From positions 1-43,698 of the IMG/VR virus record IMGVR_UViG_3300020181_000003: 43,698 nucleotides of DNA. One strand, given 5' to 3'. A model generated the notes under the pieces. The model was given only the letters and a program-made list of their open reading frames with translations. It searched no databases and was not told the origin of the DNA. This document shows, in pieces, positions 41,909-43,698 of this stretch. Within the stretch, counting starts at the first letter, position 1. Every line of letters begins with the position of its first letter. Source of the stretch: a virus. Lineage: Duplodnaviria; Caudoviricetes. Both the position numbers and the translations under genes were made by a program.

Positions 41909-42510
41909 TGGCTATCATCGCATCGGACAGCGGCGGCGGCGACTTCAAGATCGTGCCGGCAGCAAATCATGTTGGCGTCTGCTCTATGGTCGTGGACCTC
42001 GGCAAACAGCGCACCGAATACATGGGGCAGTCCAAGCTCAAGCATCAGGTCTACATCGCGTGGGAATTGCCGCACGAACAGATCGAATGGACCGACAAGG
42101 ACGGGAACGAACGCAAGGGTCCGATGCGGATCGGGAAGACCTACACGGTTTCCCTCGGCAAGAACGCCGTCCTACGTGCCGAGCTTGAAAACTGGCGTGG
42201 TCGGCCATTCTCCGAAGAGGAGATCAAGGGTTTCGATATCACCCGGTTGGCCGGCGCTCCCGCCATGATCAACGTCACGCACGTCGAGAAGAATGGCCGC
42301 ACCTATGCCAACGTCGTCGGCGTGACGCCGCTGCCGAAGGGTATGGAGAAGCCGGGCCTATTCGATGCCGCGCTCGTCTATGACGATGAGCATCTATCGA
42401 CGTTCGAATATCTCCCGGAATGGCTGCAGAAGAAGGTCCAGGAGCAAGTTGTCGAAGAGAAGCCCCAGGCTTCCTACGATCGCGAGCTTGAGGATGAAAT
42501 TCCCTTCTGA
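41908..42510 (+). CDS. ssDNA-binding-like protein (acidic DEIPF tail)
   Basis: SD AAGGA; SSB-type C-terminus ELEDEIPF. Confidence 0.7.
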   Translation: MAIIASDSGGGDFKIVPAANHVGVCSMVVDLGKQRTEYMGQSKLKHQVYIAWELPHEQIEWTDKDGNERKGPMRIGKTYTVSLGKNAVLRAELENWRGRPFSEEEIKGFDITRLAGAPAMINVTHVEKNGRTYANVVGVTPLPKGMEKPGLFDAALVYDDEHLSTFEYLPEWLQKKVQEQVVEEKPQASYDRELEDEIPF

Positions 42511-42899
42511 TGTTCGCTCGCCGTTCCCTCCTAAAGCAGCGCAAGCCGCTGGCGAAGAAACGCCTGCTACCCCGCCGAGATGAAGGACGGGTGCAGCACG
42601 GCCGCGTCAAGCGCAAGCTGGCACCGACTGATGAGGAGAGGCGGCACCTGGACCGTGTAGCTGCCATGCCGTGCATTGTGACCGGCAAGCGGCCGATCCA
42701 CGTCCATCACGTCATGCACATGCCGGGAAAGTGCCAGCGGCGCGATCACCGCTTTGTCGTGCCGCTGTCTCCCGATCTGCACAACATGGGAGACCAGAGC
42801 GTCCATGCGCTTGGGGGCGAGGATGCTTTCTATCAGGTGCATGGCGTGGATTTGAGGATCGAAGCGGTAAGGCTCTGGACGGAGACGACGAGTGGCTAA
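42510..42899 (+). CDS. Ref/DUF968-like HNH-fold nuclease
   Basis: VAAMPCIVTG...VHHV...RDHRFVVPL...H....SVH. Confidence 0.7.
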   Translation: MFARRSLLKQRKPLAKKRLLPRRDEGRVQHGRVKRKLAPTDEERRHLDRVAAMPCIVTGKRPIHVHHVMHMPGKCQRRDHRFVVPLSPDLHNMGDQSVHALGGEDAFYQVHGVDLRIEAVRLWTETTSG

Positions 42900-43242
42900 C
42901 GATTTGATGCCTCTTGAAGAGAAGATCGAGCGCGCCCTGCACAACCTTGGCGAGTGCCTGGAGCAAGCCGGGGAAGCGCGGGCGATGGCCGAAAGTCTGG
43001 ACGAAGCCCGCAAGCAGAAGCGCGCTGTCCTCTTCATCAAATACAAGTCGGGCGGGGAAAGCGCTGCCACTGCGGAGCAAATGGCGATGGCCGATCCGGT
43101 CTATGCCGAAGCGCTGGCGGAATGGACCGCGGCGAACCTCCGCTACCGGCGTCTTGATGCCCAGGCGGAGAAGCGGCGATTGGCTTTCGAAGCGTGGCGC
43201 ACTGCGAACGCCAACGAGCGAGCGAGGATCAATCTAAGATGA
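42892..43242 (+). CDS. Helical hypothetical protein
   Basis: A.ADP.Y...EAWRT..ANER; coupled. Confidence 0.7.
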   Translation: MANDLMPLEEKIERALHNLGECLEQAGEARAMAESLDEARKQKRAVLFIKYKSGGESAATAEQMAMADPVYAEALAEWTAANLRYRRLDAQAEKRRLAFEAWRTANANERARINLR

Positions 43243-43296
43243 CCCCCCTCATGACCGCAGAGCAGGTGGAAGATGGGTGCTGAGGAAAGGCATGTG

Positions 43297-43662
43297 ATGG
43301 GCAGCGCGACCGTCCTGGACCGCGGCAAGACGCCTAGCCAATGGTGCGCCGAGTTCAAGGCGCGCGGCCTCACCATATCCGAACGGACGCTCCGGGCCCG
43401 GGCTCGCGAGCTGTCCGAATGTTACATCTTGGGCGCGGCGATGCTGATCACTCCGGAGCAGATCGACCGCATATTGGAGGAAGGCTCATGCCGCTCGAAG
43501 CCTACCGCCGGGGAAAGACCTGGTGGGCGCGAGGCAAGGTCGAATACAACGGCCTCCCGATCACCGGTTACATCCGCGAAAGCACTGGCGCATCTACACA
43601 AGCAGGCGCGAGGCAGTGGATCGCAGACCGGCAGGCGCTTGAAGAGCGGCGCTTCCATCTAG
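43297..43662 (+). CDS. Putative excisionase/HTH protein overlapping the int start
   Basis: ISERTLRARAREL...LITPEQIDRI; directly upstream of and overlapping int. Confidence 0.65.
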   Translation: MGSATVLDRGKTPSQWCAEFKARGLTISERTLRARARELSECYILGAAMLITPEQIDRILEEGSCRSKPTAGERPGGREARSNTTASRSPVTSAKALAHLHKQARGSGSQTGRRLKSGASI

Positions 43663-43698
43663 GAGAGGAAGCCGATGCGCGCGAGTTCACCTTTGCGG
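43488..43698 (+). CDS. int: Integrase N-terminal part (continues at position 128)
   Basis: SD GGAGG at 43476; MPLEAYRRGKTWWARG...IRESTG arm-binding-type N-terminus. Confidence 0.85.
   Translation, partial: MPLEAYRRGKTWWARGKVEYNGLPITGYIRESTGASTQAGARQWIADRQALEERRFHLGEEADAREFTFA
43572..43698. repeat. Terminal direct repeat, right copy
   Basis: Identical to 1-127. Confidence 0.97.

Overview
The window is a complete, circularly permuted genome of a temperate lambdoid siphovirus with an HK97-type head. Positions 1-127 are identical to 43572-43698, so the unique length is 43,571 bp. The host is most likely an alphaproteobacterium, probably a sphingomonad. This is inferred from high GC, a GAAC-N7-GAAC LexA box, a tRNA-Arg(CCG)-derived attP and the gene families present. 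Layout: the tyrosine integrase spans the contig junction and is followed by an intact attP. An accessory region follows: a DUF4326 gene with an endonuclease VII inserted, a PAPS-reductase-like gene, an RHH gene, small peptides and a tRNA-like structure. A long minus-strand late operon runs HNH, TerS, TerL, portal, Clp protease, capsid, putative neck-fibre module, head-tail, tail, GH16-like receptor-binding protein, polysaccharide pyruvyl transferase moron and lysis genes. After it come hicAB, the replication/middle genes, a cro/cI switch with four 16-bp operators, a HIRAN gene with a LexA box, and a mosaic plus-strand early operon. The most unusual signals are: (1) three dispersed ~70-80 bp elements on both strands, built largely from C-GNA-G mini-hairpins, which suggests folded ssDNA; (2) a glycan-modifying moron directly behind a glycanase-like tail protein; (3) an endonuclease insertion that rebuilt the 3' end of its target gene; (4) apparently leaderless expression of most stand-alone genes. 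All product calls come from reading motifs and synteny by eye; no database searches were run.
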